From Candidatus Hydrogenedentota bacterium (GTDB lineage Bacteria; Hydrogenedentota; Hydrogenedentia; Hydrogenedentales; SLHB01): a DNA stretch of 64,000 bases. Made by a program: the position numbers and the translations under genes. Within the stretch, counting starts at the first letter, position 1. Each line of letters begins with the position of its first letter. Below the pieces are notes generated by a model that was not told where the DNA came from, did not search any database, and saw nothing but the letters and a program-made list of their open reading frames with translations. Below, piece after piece: positions 1 through 9,175 of this stretch. Location: contig CAVUWV010000010.1 in NCBI GenBank assembly GCA_963745075.1, forward strand, positions 416,001 to 480,000. The letters are read 5' to 3'.

Positions 1-1
1 C

Positions 2-76
2 TTCGTCGAGAACAGCCGCGAACACGGCCCCGCGATCGTGCGACACATCGTCTCCAAAAGTGGTGCTAACGTATAG
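2..76 (+). CDS. 3' end of a gene entering from the left edge; C-terminus resembles YpdA-family (putative bacillithiol disulfide reductase) flavoproteins
   Basis: Frame 2 reads FVENSREHGPAIVRHIVSKSGANV*, similar to the 'FIENSRxH' C-terminal motif of YpdA-like proteins; only 24 codons visible. Confidence 0.4.
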   Translation, partial: FVENSREHGPAIVRHIVSKSGANV

Positions 77-168
77 ATAATTGGTTACTTGCGGCGTTGT
101 CGCGCGCATTAATCTGCGACTCGCCCTCCAGTGCGAAGTCTTCGCAGCCAATTGCCGATGTACGAAAC

Positions 169-329
169 TCCCCCTTTGAAGGGGGATCAAGGGGGATGTT
201 GTTTGTGCTTCTTACGCCAAGTACTTATAGGCACTCACGACCCGCAACCGTCGAAAGGGGCTATCGGGCTGGATAGGTCGGCTCGCGGCTTCGGAAGAAC
301 ATCCCCCTTGATCCCCCTTCAAAGGGGGA
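169..329. repeat. Inverted pair of a 32-bp REP-like palindromic element (family A)
   Basis: tccccctttgaagggggatcaagggggatgtt (169-200) and its exact reverse complement (298-329). Confidence 0.9.
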
Positions 330-381
330 ATTCACGCACGTCGGGTAAGATAAGTCGCGTGGTGCGCCGGGTCGGACGGCC

Positions 382-1104
382 GTGAGGTGCCATTTCATCG
401 AAGGCGCGTCGGGTTGTGCGTATGCCATTGAGCATCAATGTGTTGCGGTTGTCGTGGATGCGCTGCGCGCCAGCGCGACGGCTGCCTACCTTCTCCACTA
501 CGGAGCCGCGGAAATCATTGCCGTCACCGAGATTGAGCAGGCCTTTGCGGCGAGGGAACAGTATCCGGATGCGCTTCTAGCGGGGGAACGGGGCGGGCTG
601 CCACCCGAAGGGTTTGATCTCGGCAATAGCCCACGCCTAATCCAGGGGGTTGAGGGTCGCCGCGTCATCTTTACCACGACTACCGGCGCGGGCAGACTGG
701 TCGCATGTTGCAGTGCCCCAGTAATTTACATGGGCACGACCGTCAACGCCGCCGCCGTGGCCCATTCCATCCGCGCGCACGGAAGGGACATCGTACTCAT
801 TCCGGCGGGTCTGATGACCGACCCAAACTTCGACGCCCAGGAAGACTGGGTCGCGGCCGCAGCCATCGGCATAGCACTAGACCTTCCAACAGGGGAGGGA
901 CACGACCGGTTCGACTACTGGCGCGCGCGGGTCAAGTCAGAGGGCTTACCCCAACTCTTTGCTACTGCTCCCCATGCGGAGAAGCTTCGCTCCGTGGGCC
1001 TCGAAGAGGATATTCCGTTCTGTGCGCAACTCGACACGGTGACCACTGTGCCGAAGGTGCTGGGAAAGAACGATTTCGGCGTGACGGTAGGTCTTTATGC
1101 GTAA
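382..1104 (+). CDS. comB: 2-phosphosulfolactate phosphatase (ComB family)
   Basis: Motifs VVVDALRASAT, LLAGERGG, FDLGNSP, TTTTG are typical of ComB. Confidence 0.85.
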   Translation: MRCHFIEGASGCAYAIEHQCVAVVVDALRASATAAYLLHYGAAEIIAVTEIEQAFAAREQYPDALLAGERGGLPPEGFDLGNSPRLIQGVEGRRVIFTTTTGAGRLVACCSAPVIYMGTTVNAAAVAHSIRAHGRDIVLIPAGLMTDPNFDAQEDWVAAAAIGIALDLPTGEGHDRFDYWRARVKSEGLPQLFATAPHAEKLRSVGLEEDIPFCAQLDTVTTVPKVLGKNDFGVTVGLYA

Positions 1105-1155
1105 TCGATGGTATTATGGCTTTGGAAACTGGCTTCTGCACCTTGGACGAAGGTT

Positions 1156-1371
1156 ATGGGACGACTGCACAAAAACATAATCACTGATGAAAATGGCAGA
1201 CCAGTCGCCGTGCAGATTGACTACGCCGATTGGCTGGCACTTGAGCCGAAACTTGCTGAAGTACAAGCGTCCGTGGCGCGGAAGACGAATCTCGCCAAAC
1301 ATGCTGGAGTACTTGCGGCTGGTCTCGATCCCTTGGAGTACCAAAATGCGATTCGCAGCGAGTGGGGATGA
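1156..1371 (+). CDS. Putative antitoxin of a VapBC-type TA pair
   Basis: 71-aa ORF (IITDENGRPVAVQIDYADW...DPLEYQNAIRSEW); its TGA overlaps the ATG of the downstream PIN gene (ATGA). Confidence 0.7.
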   Translation: MGRLHKNIITDENGRPVAVQIDYADWLALEPKLAEVQASVARKTNLAKHAGVLAAGLDPLEYQNAIRSEWG

Positions 1372-1733
1372 TACGCGTACTCGACACGAACGCTGCATTG
1401 TATTTGCTTCAAGGCAAGCTCGCGGAACCGCTTGAGGATGCCGAATACGCGGTCTCCGTGATTACCGAATTGGAGCTTCTTTGCTTTCCCGATATCACTG
1501 AAGAGGAAGAAACGCTTATCAAACGGTTTCTTGCTGACGTGAAAGTCGTTGGTATTACGGACGACGTGAAGGATTCTGCAATTCGCCTGCGTCGTCGGCA
1601 CAAGCTCCCCCTTCCCGATGCAATAATTTGCGCCACAGCTTTCGTTCTTGATGCGGTACTCGTGACAAACGACGCTAAAGTAGCTAAGGTCGTGGATGTA
1701 AATTGTATCGGACTTGAATTAAGAAACGGCTAA
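1368..1733 (+). CDS. vapC: PIN-domain toxin (VapC family)
   Basis: VLDTN, SVITELEL, LPDAIICATA, LVTND PIN motifs. Confidence 0.9.
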   Translation: MIRVLDTNAALYLLQGKLAEPLEDAEYAVSVITELELLCFPDITEEEETLIKRFLADVKVVGITDDVKDSAIRLRRRHKLPLPDAIICATAFVLDAVLVTNDAKVAKVVDVNCIGLELRNG

Positions 1734-1841
1734 GAGCCCCTTTTATAGGAACTTAGGCGCTTCGCGGGTTTCTTCCTTCGGCAAACCGCTCGCGCCGTAT
1801 GATAGAATGCATTCAGTGAGTAGAGTACTGGGAGCGATTTC

Positions 1842-2036
1842 ATGGCAGGGGCATCATCCATCGCCGCGCTCGGCGCGGGACTTGAAAGCGCGCGGTTGGA
1901 AACGGAATACCAGGCGCTGGCGCTGCGGCGTCAAGTGGACGCGCTTAACCTCCAAGGCGACCTCGCCCTCCAACTCATCCAGTCCGCCGTCATCACGGAC
2001 CAGGCCGTCGGCGCGAATCTTGACGTGACCGCGTAA
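1842..2036 (+). CDS. Small YjfB-like (putative motility) protein
   Basis: 64 aa, GGAG upstream, 'LALQLIQSA...GANLDVTA' C-terminus resembles the YjfB family. Confidence 0.55.
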   Translation: MAGASSIAALGAGLESARLETEYQALALRRQVDALNLQGDLALQLIQSAVITDQAVGANLDVTA

Positions 2037-2114
2037 GCGGCGCGACGGAGTCCTTTTCCTACCCAAACCTTCCCGCGTCATGTATCCTTGGATCACCGGG
2101 AGGGCAGGGTGCAC

Positions 2115-2945
2115 ATGGGAATCAACTTCTGGCTGTATATCGCCATCTTCGCGGTTTTATTCGTCATCATCCAGAAGGCACTGAGTCACAGCAATCCCGC
2201 AGCGGGCGGCGCGGCCAAGAAGATCCGCGGACAACTCGAAGAGCTCTACGCCAACCCGCACGAATTCCGCGAGGTGACGCCGCAGGAGTTTCCGCACATC
2301 AACCCCGAGCATTACGACGTGTGTGAACGTTGGCTTGCAACGCAGGGGTTCAAGAAGGCGGCCGACCTCGAGGACCTCACGTTGTCCCGAGTGTATCCAA
2401 ATACGCGTACGTTTCTTCGCGTGTTTCTCAGTAAAGACGGATCGATCGTGGCGGCGTGTTACGACATTAATCCCAAGGGGTGGATGAAGTTGTTGCAGTG
2501 GGTTCACTTGATGCCGCAGCGTTTTCGCACGCTGGATTTTGAAACGGAGTTTGTCAATGGCGCGTTTCTGCGCACGTCAAATTCGTTGGGCAAACAACTG
2601 CTCGACGAGCCACCCGCCATCAGCCAAAACCTCTTCTCCGACGACACGCCCTTTGAAGAACTGCTGGCCTTTCACCGTGATACCATGGCCGACTGGCGTC
2701 AGATCGACGAAGGGTTTGCGCCGCGGTTGTGCACCAATCTTGATGACCTTATCGCCATGCAATACCGCGAGCAGGAAATCACCAGCGCGTGGCGCAAAGA
2801 GATCGGCTACGTCACGTCTGAAGAAATGAAACGCATGGCCGGAAAGTCGGGACAGGGACAGAAGAACGCCGAACAAGTCATGCAAGAGATTCAGCGGATC
2901 AACGAAAAGAAACGTCCCGGCCCTCCGCCCACGCCGGGAGCATAA
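2115..2945 (+). CDS. Hypothetical protein with N-terminal membrane anchor
   Basis: Long ORF with genome-typical codon usage; hydrophobic N-terminus (FWLYIAIFAVLFVII). Confidence 0.7.
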   Translation: MGINFWLYIAIFAVLFVIIQKALSHSNPAAGGAAKKIRGQLEELYANPHEFREVTPQEFPHINPEHYDVCERWLATQGFKKAADLEDLTLSRVYPNTRTFLRVFLSKDGSIVAACYDINPKGWMKLLQWVHLMPQRFRTLDFETEFVNGAFLRTSNSLGKQLLDEPPAISQNLFSDDTPFEELLAFHRDTMADWRQIDEGFAPRLCTNLDDLIAMQYREQEITSAWRKEIGYVTSEEMKRMAGKSGQGQKNAEQVMQEIQRINEKKRPGPPPTPGA

Positions 2946-4490
2946 CTACTCCCACTCGATGGTGCCGGGGGGTTTGCTGGTGACGTCGTAGAGGACGCGG
3001 TTGATGTGTTTGACCTCGTTGCAGATCCGGTTGGAGATGCGTTGGAGGACGTCGGGTGGGAAGCGGAACCAGTCCGCGGTCATGGCGTCTTCGGAGGTGA
3101 CGGCGCGGAGGGAGCAGACTTCTTCGTAGGTGCGCTCGTCGCCCTGCACGCCGACGCTTCGAACGGGTAACAAGCACACCAAGGCCTGCCAGATATCGCG
3201 ATACAATCCCGCGTTCCGAATCTCGTCGATGAAGATGGCATCGGCATCGCGCAACGTGTCGAGGCGCTCTTTCGTGACCGCGCCGATGCAGCGCACGCCG
3301 AGGCCCGGACCGGGGAACGGATGCCGCCACACGATGTCGTCGGGCAAGCCGAGTTCTTTGCCGAGCGCGCGCACTTCGTCTTTGAACAGTTCGCGCAACG
3401 GTTCGACGAGTTGAAGGTTCATGTGCTCGGGGAGCCCGCCCACATTGTGATGGCTTTTGATCGTGACGGATGGTCCACCCGTCGCCGACACACTTTCTAT
3501 GACGTCGGGATAGAGCGTTCCTTGCGCGAGGAAGTCGACGCCTTCTAGTCGGGTCGCCTCTTCTTCAAACACGTCGATGAAGAGTTTGCCGATGATTTTG
3601 CGTTTCTCTTCCGGCTCGGAGACTCCCGCCAACCCGTCGAGGAACCGATCCTCCGCGTCGACGTAGTGCAGGTCCACGTGGAAATTGTCGCGAAAGACTT
3701 TTTGCACGAGGTCCGCTTCACCTTTGCGGAGGAGTCCGTTGTTCACAAAAATGCACGAGAGCCGGTCGCCGATGGCTTTGTGAATGAGGGCCGCCGCGAC
3801 GCTGCTGTCTACGCCACCGCTTAACCCGCACACGACGCGTCCGCCGCCGACTTGTTCGCGCACGGTTTTCACCGCCGCGTCGAGGTAGGAGCCCATGTCC
3901 CAATCGGACGCGCAGCCGCAGACCTTGTGCACGAAGTTGGAGAGCAACTGCGGACCCTGCGGCGTGTGGACGACCTCGGGATGGAATTGTACGCCGTACA
4001 GTTTGCGTTTCGGATCGGCAATGGCCGCGAAAGGGCAATTCTCCGTGGTGCCGATGGTCGTGAAGCCGCTCGGCAACTGCGTGATCGCATCGCCGTGACT
4101 CATCCACACCTGCGTGCGCGACTCCATGCCGTCGAGAAACCCCGCGCCGTCGGTATGCTCGAGGTGGGCGATGCCGTATTCGCGTTTCGAGGCGCGCTCG
4201 ACTTTTCCGCCGAGCATGTCGGCGAAGAGCTGCGTGCCATAGCAAATGCCGAGCACGGGAACGCCCAGTTCAAACACGCCGGGGTCCGGTTTCGGCGCAC
4301 CGTTCGCGTGGACGCTAGCCGGACCGCCGCTGAAGATGATGCCGGCCGGTTGCTGCGATTTGATGGTGTCCAACGGTGTGTTGAACGGCATGATGAGACT
4401 GAAGACCTTCGCCTCGCGGACGCGGCGCGCGATCAGCTTGCTGTATTGCGCGCCGAAGTCGAGAACGATGATGGGTTTGCTGTGTTGCAT
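2946..4490 (-). CDS. guaA: GMP synthase (glutamine-hydrolysing)
   Basis: [45 protein letters not shown]. Confidence 0.98.
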   Translation of the reverse strand: MQHSKPIIVLDFGAQYSKLIARRVREAKVFSLIMPFNTPLDTIKSQQPAGIIFSGGPASVHANGAPKPDPGVFELGVPVLGICYGTQLFADMLGGKVERASKREYGIAHLEHTDGAGFLDGMESRTQVWMSHGDAITQLPSGFTTIGTTENCPFAAIADPKRKLYGVQFHPEVVHTPQGPQLLSNFVHKVCGCASDWDMGSYLDAAVKTVREQVGGGRVVCGLSGGVDSSVAAALIHKAIGDRLSCIFVNNGLLRKGEADLVQKVFRDNFHVDLHYVDAEDRFLDGLAGVSEPEEKRKIIGKLFIDVFEEEATRLEGVDFLAQGTLYPDVIESVSATGGPSVTIKSHHNVGGLPEHMNLQLVEPLRELFKDEVRALGKELGLPDDIVWRHPFPGPGLGVRCIGAVTKERLDTLRDADAIFIDEIRNAGLYRDIWQALVCLLPVRSVGVQGDERTYEEVCSLRAVTSEDAMTADWFRFPPDVLQRISNRICNEVKHINRVLYDVTSKPPGTIEWE

Positions 4491-4512
4491 TGGTTGTCTC
4501 GCGGTGGGGCGA

Positions 4513-6021
4513 TCACGTTTCCGGAGCGATGTCGCTTTCCTTCAGTTCGACGTCGTGCGCGCCGCCTTCCCGGATGCCGATGGCGGAGACGAGCGTGATC
4601 CGCGCGGTCCGGTGCAATTCAGGGATGGACAGGGAACCGCAGTTGCACATGGTCGACTTGACCTTGCCCACGGTCATGTCGAGATTGTCTTTCAAGCGTC
4701 CCGCGTAAGGCACGTACGCGTCGACACCTTCTTCGAAACTTAATTTTGAATCGCCGCCCACGTCGTAGCGTTGCCAGTTGCGCGCCCGGTCGGATCCTTC
4801 CCCCCAATACTCTTTCATGTAATTACCGCGTATACGCAGCCGCCGTCCGGGACTCTCGTCGAAACGGGCGAAGTAACGCCCCTGCATCACAAAATCGGCA
4901 CCCATGGCGAGGGCGAGCACCACATGATAATCGAGCACGATGCCGCCGTCGGAACAGATGGGCACGTAGATGCCGGTGTCCTCCAAATACCGATCGCGCG
5001 CTTTCGCGACTTCGATCACCGACGTGGCCTGGCCGCGGCCAATGCCTTTCTGTTCGCGCGTGATACAGATAGACGCCGGGCCGATGCCGACCTTGACAAA
5101 GTCCGCGCCCGCGTCCACAAGATAACGAAACCCTTCTTCCTCAACGACGTTGCCGCCGCCGATCTTGACGTTGTCGCCGTAAGTTTCTTTCACCCAGTGA
5201 ATGGTTTCGTATTGCCATTCCGAGAATCCGTCGGACGAATCCACGCAGAGCACGTCGACGCCCGCGTCCACCAACGCGGGCACGCGATCTTTGTAGTCGC
5301 GCGAGTTGATGCCCGCGCCCACAACGAGCCGTTTTTCGGCGTCGACCAACTCGTCGGGGTTCTCTTTGTGCTGGTCGTAGTCTTTGCGGAAAACGAGATA
5401 ACGAAGCTGGTGCTGTTCATTGATAATGGGGAGGCAATTGAGCTTGTGCTCCCAGATGATCTCGTTGGCTTCGCTGAGGGTGACGCCTTCTTGCCCGTAA
5501 AACAGTTTGTCGAAAGGCGTCATGAACTTCTCGATCGGCGCGTCGCGTCCCGCTTTGTTGATGCGGTAATCGCGACTGGTGAGGATTCCGAGCAAGGTGC
5601 CGTTCGCCGACCCGTCTTCCGTGACGGGAATCGTGGAATGGCCGGTCTTGGCAATGAGATCGACCACGTCGCCGAGCGTTTGGTCCGGGCGCAGGTTCGC
5701 GTCGCTCGGCACGAATCCGGCTTTGAACTTCTTCACGCGGCGCACCATGTCCGCCTGCAATTCGATCGGTTGGGATCCGAAGATGAACGAGATGCCGCCG
5801 AACCGCGCCAGGGCGATGGCCATGGTGTCGTTCGACACGGCCTGCATGATGGCCGAAGCAAAGGGGATGTTCAGGTGATTGGCCGGTTCGTCGCCCTTCT
5901 TGAATTTGACGAGTGGTGTGCGCAGGCTCACGTTCGACGGGGAGCAGTCCTTCGTCGTCCGATTGGGGATGAGGAGATACTCGCTGAAGGTGCGCGAGGG
6001 CTCGTTATAATACGTTGCCAC
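4513..6021 (-). CDS. guaB: IMP dehydrogenase
   Basis: [11 protein letters not shown] region, [29 protein letters not shown]; adjacent to guaA. Confidence 0.95.
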   Translation of the reverse strand: MATYYNEPSRTFSEYLLIPNRTTKDCSPSNVSLRTPLVKFKKGDEPANHLNIPFASAIMQAVSNDTMAIALARFGGISFIFGSQPIELQADMVRRVKKFKAGFVPSDANLRPDQTLGDVVDLIAKTGHSTIPVTEDGSANGTLLGILTSRDYRINKAGRDAPIEKFMTPFDKLFYGQEGVTLSEANEIIWEHKLNCLPIINEQHQLRYLVFRKDYDQHKENPDELVDAEKRLVVGAGINSRDYKDRVPALVDAGVDVLCVDSSDGFSEWQYETIHWVKETYGDNVKIGGGNVVEEEGFRYLVDAGADFVKVGIGPASICITREQKGIGRGQATSVIEVAKARDRYLEDTGIYVPICSDGGIVLDYHVVLALAMGADFVMQGRYFARFDESPGRRLRIRGNYMKEYWGEGSDRARNWQRYDVGGDSKLSFEEGVDAYVPYAGRLKDNLDMTVGKVKSTMCNCGSLSIPELHRTARITLVSAIGIREGGAHDVELKESDIAPET

Positions 6022-6354
6022 GGGCGCTCTCCTGTGATGGGCCGCACGATATATCGCGGCTGCTGGGTAGATCGGGACTCCTTCGACTTCCTGTGCTCAT
6101 GGGTACTCGCCGGTTCGGGAACGACTTCCAAATCCCCAAGGAACAAAGGGTTCCTTTGGAATCGGGTATTATAAGTTCACCCCATGATGCAGTCAAATTC
6201 GGCGCACGGCCGCCGCCGGATATCGGTCCGAATCCCGCAGCCCTTTCGGTTTTTTGACGCTGTCACGGGCGTTTGCTAGGCTTCCCATTTTCAATCTGCG
6301 CAGGAACTTGCCGGCAGCAGGGGCCAGTGAGATCGGCGGGACGGTGGAGGCGAA

Positions 6355-7797
6355 ATGACGGTTGGTGTCATCGGTGGGGGTCCGGCCGGAGCGACGGCCG
6401 CATATGAACTCGCGCGGCAGGGCGTCGATGTGGACCTCTACGAAGCCAGCGCACACATGGGCGGCCTTGCCCGGTCCCTGTCGCTGTGGGGGCAGACCGT
6501 AGACCTGGGTCCCCACCGTTTTTTCAGCAAGCTTCGTCGCGTCAATGGCTTATGGCTGGATGTCGCCGGCTCCGACTATGTCATGGTCAAGCGCAACACG
6601 CGGATCTACTATGACGGCAAGTTCTTCCACTATCCGCTGGTTCCTCGCAACGCCCTGACCGAACTGGGCCCGTTCGAGGCCTCGCGCTGCGTGATGAGCT
6701 ATTTTCGCGAGAAGGTCGCCCCCAGCGAATCGGCGCCCTACGACACCTTCGAATCATGGGTTGTAAATCGCTTTGGAAGAAGGCTCTACGAAATCTTCTT
6801 CAAGACGTACAGCGAAAAGCTTTGGGGGATTCCGTGCACGAATCTGGATTCGGATTTTGCCGCGCAACGGATCAAACGGCTCGACCTGATGGAAGCGGTG
6901 AAGAATGCCCTCCGCGCCAAGGGGGATGGCGCCGGACAACACCGAACGCTCGTTGACGAATTTGCCTATCCCCTGCATGGCACGGGGATGATTTACGAGC
7001 GCATGGCCGAGCGCGTGCGCCAGAACGGGGGACGCGTTCACCTCGAGACGCCCGTTCGCCGGGTGCTGACACGCCAGGGCCGGGCCCACGCCCTCGAACT
7101 GGAAGACGGTTCGCAGCGGAAGTACGACCACATCATCTCTTCCATGCCGATCGGTCTTCTCGTGACCCGGCTTCCGGAAGTGCCGGACGCGATTTACACG
7201 GCCGCTCAGTCCCTCCGATTCCGCAACACAATCCTCGTGTACGTGAACGTAGCGTGCGAGAACTTGTTCCCGGATCAGTGGCTGTACGTGCATTCCGCGG
7301 CGCTCAAGATGGGCCGCTTGACAAACTTCCGGAACTGGTCGCCGGCGCTGTATGGCGACGCCTCCGGGAGCATTCTGGCCCTGGAATATTGGGCAAATGA
7401 CGACGATCCGCTATGGGCAACGGATCCGGCAGTGCTGATCGATCTCGCAAAAAGTGAATTGCGTTCCACAAACCTTATTGGCGACGCCGCTATCACCGAT
7501 GCGTCGGTCCATAAGATCCATCGCTGTTATCCCGTCTACAATGCCGGATATAAATCAAGACTGTATCCGGTCCAGGATTATCTGCGCGGAATCGAGGGGC
7601 TTCAGGCGATCGGGCGCTACGGGGCCTTCAAATACAACAATCAGGATCACAGCATCTTGATGGGATCGCTCGCGGCGGAAAACATTGTCAAGGGTGCCGG
7701 CCACGACCTTTGGGCCGTCAACACCGACTACGACGAGTACCAGGAATCGGCTCGGATTACGGAGTTGGGCTTGCAGGAATCGGAGTCGAATTCGTAA
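6355..7797 (+). CDS. FAD-dependent oxidoreductase (protoporphyrinogen oxidase / UDP-galactopyranose mutase-like)
   Basis: GGGPAG FAD motif, DLGPHRFFSK, KTYSEKLWG, GRYGAFKYNNQDHS. Confidence 0.85.
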   Translation: MTVGVIGGGPAGATAAYELARQGVDVDLYEASAHMGGLARSLSLWGQTVDLGPHRFFSKLRRVNGLWLDVAGSDYVMVKRNTRIYYDGKFFHYPLVPRNALTELGPFEASRCVMSYFREKVAPSESAPYDTFESWVVNRFGRRLYEIFFKTYSEKLWGIPCTNLDSDFAAQRIKRLDLMEAVKNALRAKGDGAGQHRTLVDEFAYPLHGTGMIYERMAERVRQNGGRVHLETPVRRVLTRQGRAHALELEDGSQRKYDHIISSMPIGLLVTRLPEVPDAIYTAAQSLRFRNTILVYVNVACENLFPDQWLYVHSAALKMGRLTNFRNWSPALYGDASGSILALEYWANDDDPLWATDPAVLIDLAKSELRSTNLIGDAAITDASVHKIHRCYPVYNAGYKSRLYPVQDYLRGIEGLQAIGRYGAFKYNNQDHSILMGSLAAENIVKGAGHDLWAVNTDYDEYQESARITELGLQESESNS

Positions 7798-7949
7798 AGG
7801 GAAATCGAGGGATACCGTCAAATACCGGTCAGTTGACGGCGACAAAGGTCGTCAACTGCGCGCAAAAAGTGTCGCTTCCTTCCCTGAGGCCAAGGGGCCT
7901 TGCGTGTGTAAGTTATTAATGTATAACGTTTTGAAAACTAAGAGGCGCT

Positions 7950-7964
7950 TGGCACGCGTTGTGC
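7950..7964 (+). promoter_or_regulatory. Putative sigma54 (-24/-12) promoter
   Basis: TGGCACGCGTTGTGC matches TGGCACG-N4-TTGC with one mismatch and correct GG/GC spacing; AT-rich IHF-like tract at ~7908-7935 upstream. Confidence 0.6.
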
Positions 7965-8071
7965 TCCTCCCGGGATAGTTGAATCTCAGACGTTCCGCAA
8001 CGGGTTACGCGGCAGTCGGCGCCCTCTCCTGGGGCGCCCTTTCTTGGGCCTCTGAGAAGCGAGGATTTCGA

Positions 8072-8100
8072 TTGACAGGTTCCCGGGTCGATGTTATACT
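8072..8100 (+). promoter_or_regulatory. Near-consensus sigma70 promoter with extended -10
   Basis: TTGACA-17 nt-TATACT with TG at the extended -10 position. Confidence 0.75.
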
Positions 8101-8316
8101 GCGACCACTGTTATCGGTCGAGCCGTGGGAGGACTCGCGGTAACGGAGCCCGATTAAAGAGGTGCGGTAATCGGTGTGAGGGGAAATTCGGTAAACGCAC
8201 ATGCGGGTCTAACAAAGCGGGGTTATACTTTCCACTATCGCCTGTAATACCCAAACGGGTTGTTACCCTTAAAGGTCTGGTATGCAGTGTTCTCAAGGAA
8301 GGAGGTGAATGAATCT

Positions 8317-8781
8317 ATGAAAAAAGTAGCTGTTTTTGTTGCGATCCTCGGATTGGGTGCCATGACGGCGCTGGCAGGTACGATTTCGGTTCCTCACTAC
8401 GTTGACCGTGGTACTGATACCGATAGCGGTCTGTTCCCGCCCTCGTTGGACGCTTCGTGGGTTGTGTTGAAGAACAACACAGCGTCGCCTCAGGTGTACA
8501 CGTTGCTGTACTTCTCCCTGAAGGGAGATGACCTGTCCCCGACGGACAACACGTTCTCCATCGCGGGGAATTCGGCGCGTGGTTGGCGTCCGTTCAACAC
8601 TTCGGACGGAAACCAGGGTGCGGGTGCAAGTATTCCGCACGCGCAGTCGATCGCTCCGACCGCGCCGGATGGCGTGGGATCGATCACGATCCTGTACAGC
8701 GACCCGGCGGCTCCGTCCGGTCGTGTACTTATCAACCAGGCGGGTTCGAATTCGTCTTACGCGTATTCTTTGATCCCGTAA
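8317..8781 (+). CDS. Secreted hypothetical protein, probably highly expressed
   Basis: GGAGGT upstream; signal peptide MKKVAVFVAILGLGAMTALA; frequent GGT/CGT/GTT codons; followed by a strong terminator. Confidence 0.8.
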   Translation: MKKVAVFVAILGLGAMTALAGTISVPHYVDRGTDTDSGLFPPSLDASWVVLKNNTASPQVYTLLYFSLKGDDLSPTDNTFSIAGNSARGWRPFNTSDGNQGAGASIPHAQSIAPTAPDGVGSITILYSDPAAPSGRVLINQAGSNSSYAYSLIP

Positions 8782-8834
8782 AATATGTCACAGCCCTGGG
8801 GCTCAGGTATTCGAGCCTGGTTGGTGATAATTGG

Positions 8835-8874
8835 TGGGGTGGCCCGTCCGCGGGGGGGGCCACCCCATTTTTTT
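8835..8874 (+). terminator. Rho-independent terminator
   Basis: Stem tggggtggccc / gggccacccca followed by a T7 tract. Confidence 0.85.
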
Positions 8875-9175
8875 CTGCCCGCTAGCCCGTATTTCTCACC
8901 ACCCATCGGTATTCTGATGGACTCAGTCTTAGAGTGTGTTTCCAATGTAGGGTATTTGTCGTCATCCTGGGTGGCTACGTGCATCAGGAGCAGATTGGAA
9001 GCCCGCACCACGATTTAGCCTTTTTTGTTGGACAGCATCGGGACCACTCTTGAAGTACGCTCTGAGGAACTCGCGCGGACGGGAACCGTTCCCGTTTACA
9101 GGAACATCCCAATTCCGAGTGGCGATTTTCGGAGAACGTCGAGAGCGTAAGTCCAGTGGCACCGGAAAGGGCGGG

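Noticed and set aside
131..385. 84-aa ORF containing PPLKGDQGG and TSPLIPLQRGN
   Set aside because: Translation of the family A repeat; the same peptides recur in spurious ORFs near 49.8 kb and 51.5 kb
4771..6174. 467-aa + strand ORF
   Set aside because: Antisense shadow of guaB; long shadow ORFs are common at high GC
6030..6350. Purine riboswitch upstream of guaB
   Set aside because: Only a simple hairpin near 6136-6159; I could not find the conserved aptamer core
8925..9005. Possible IS end or MITE remnant (ttagagtgtgtttccaat...attggaa)
   Set aside because: Inverted match is only 7 bp; no transposase or target duplication
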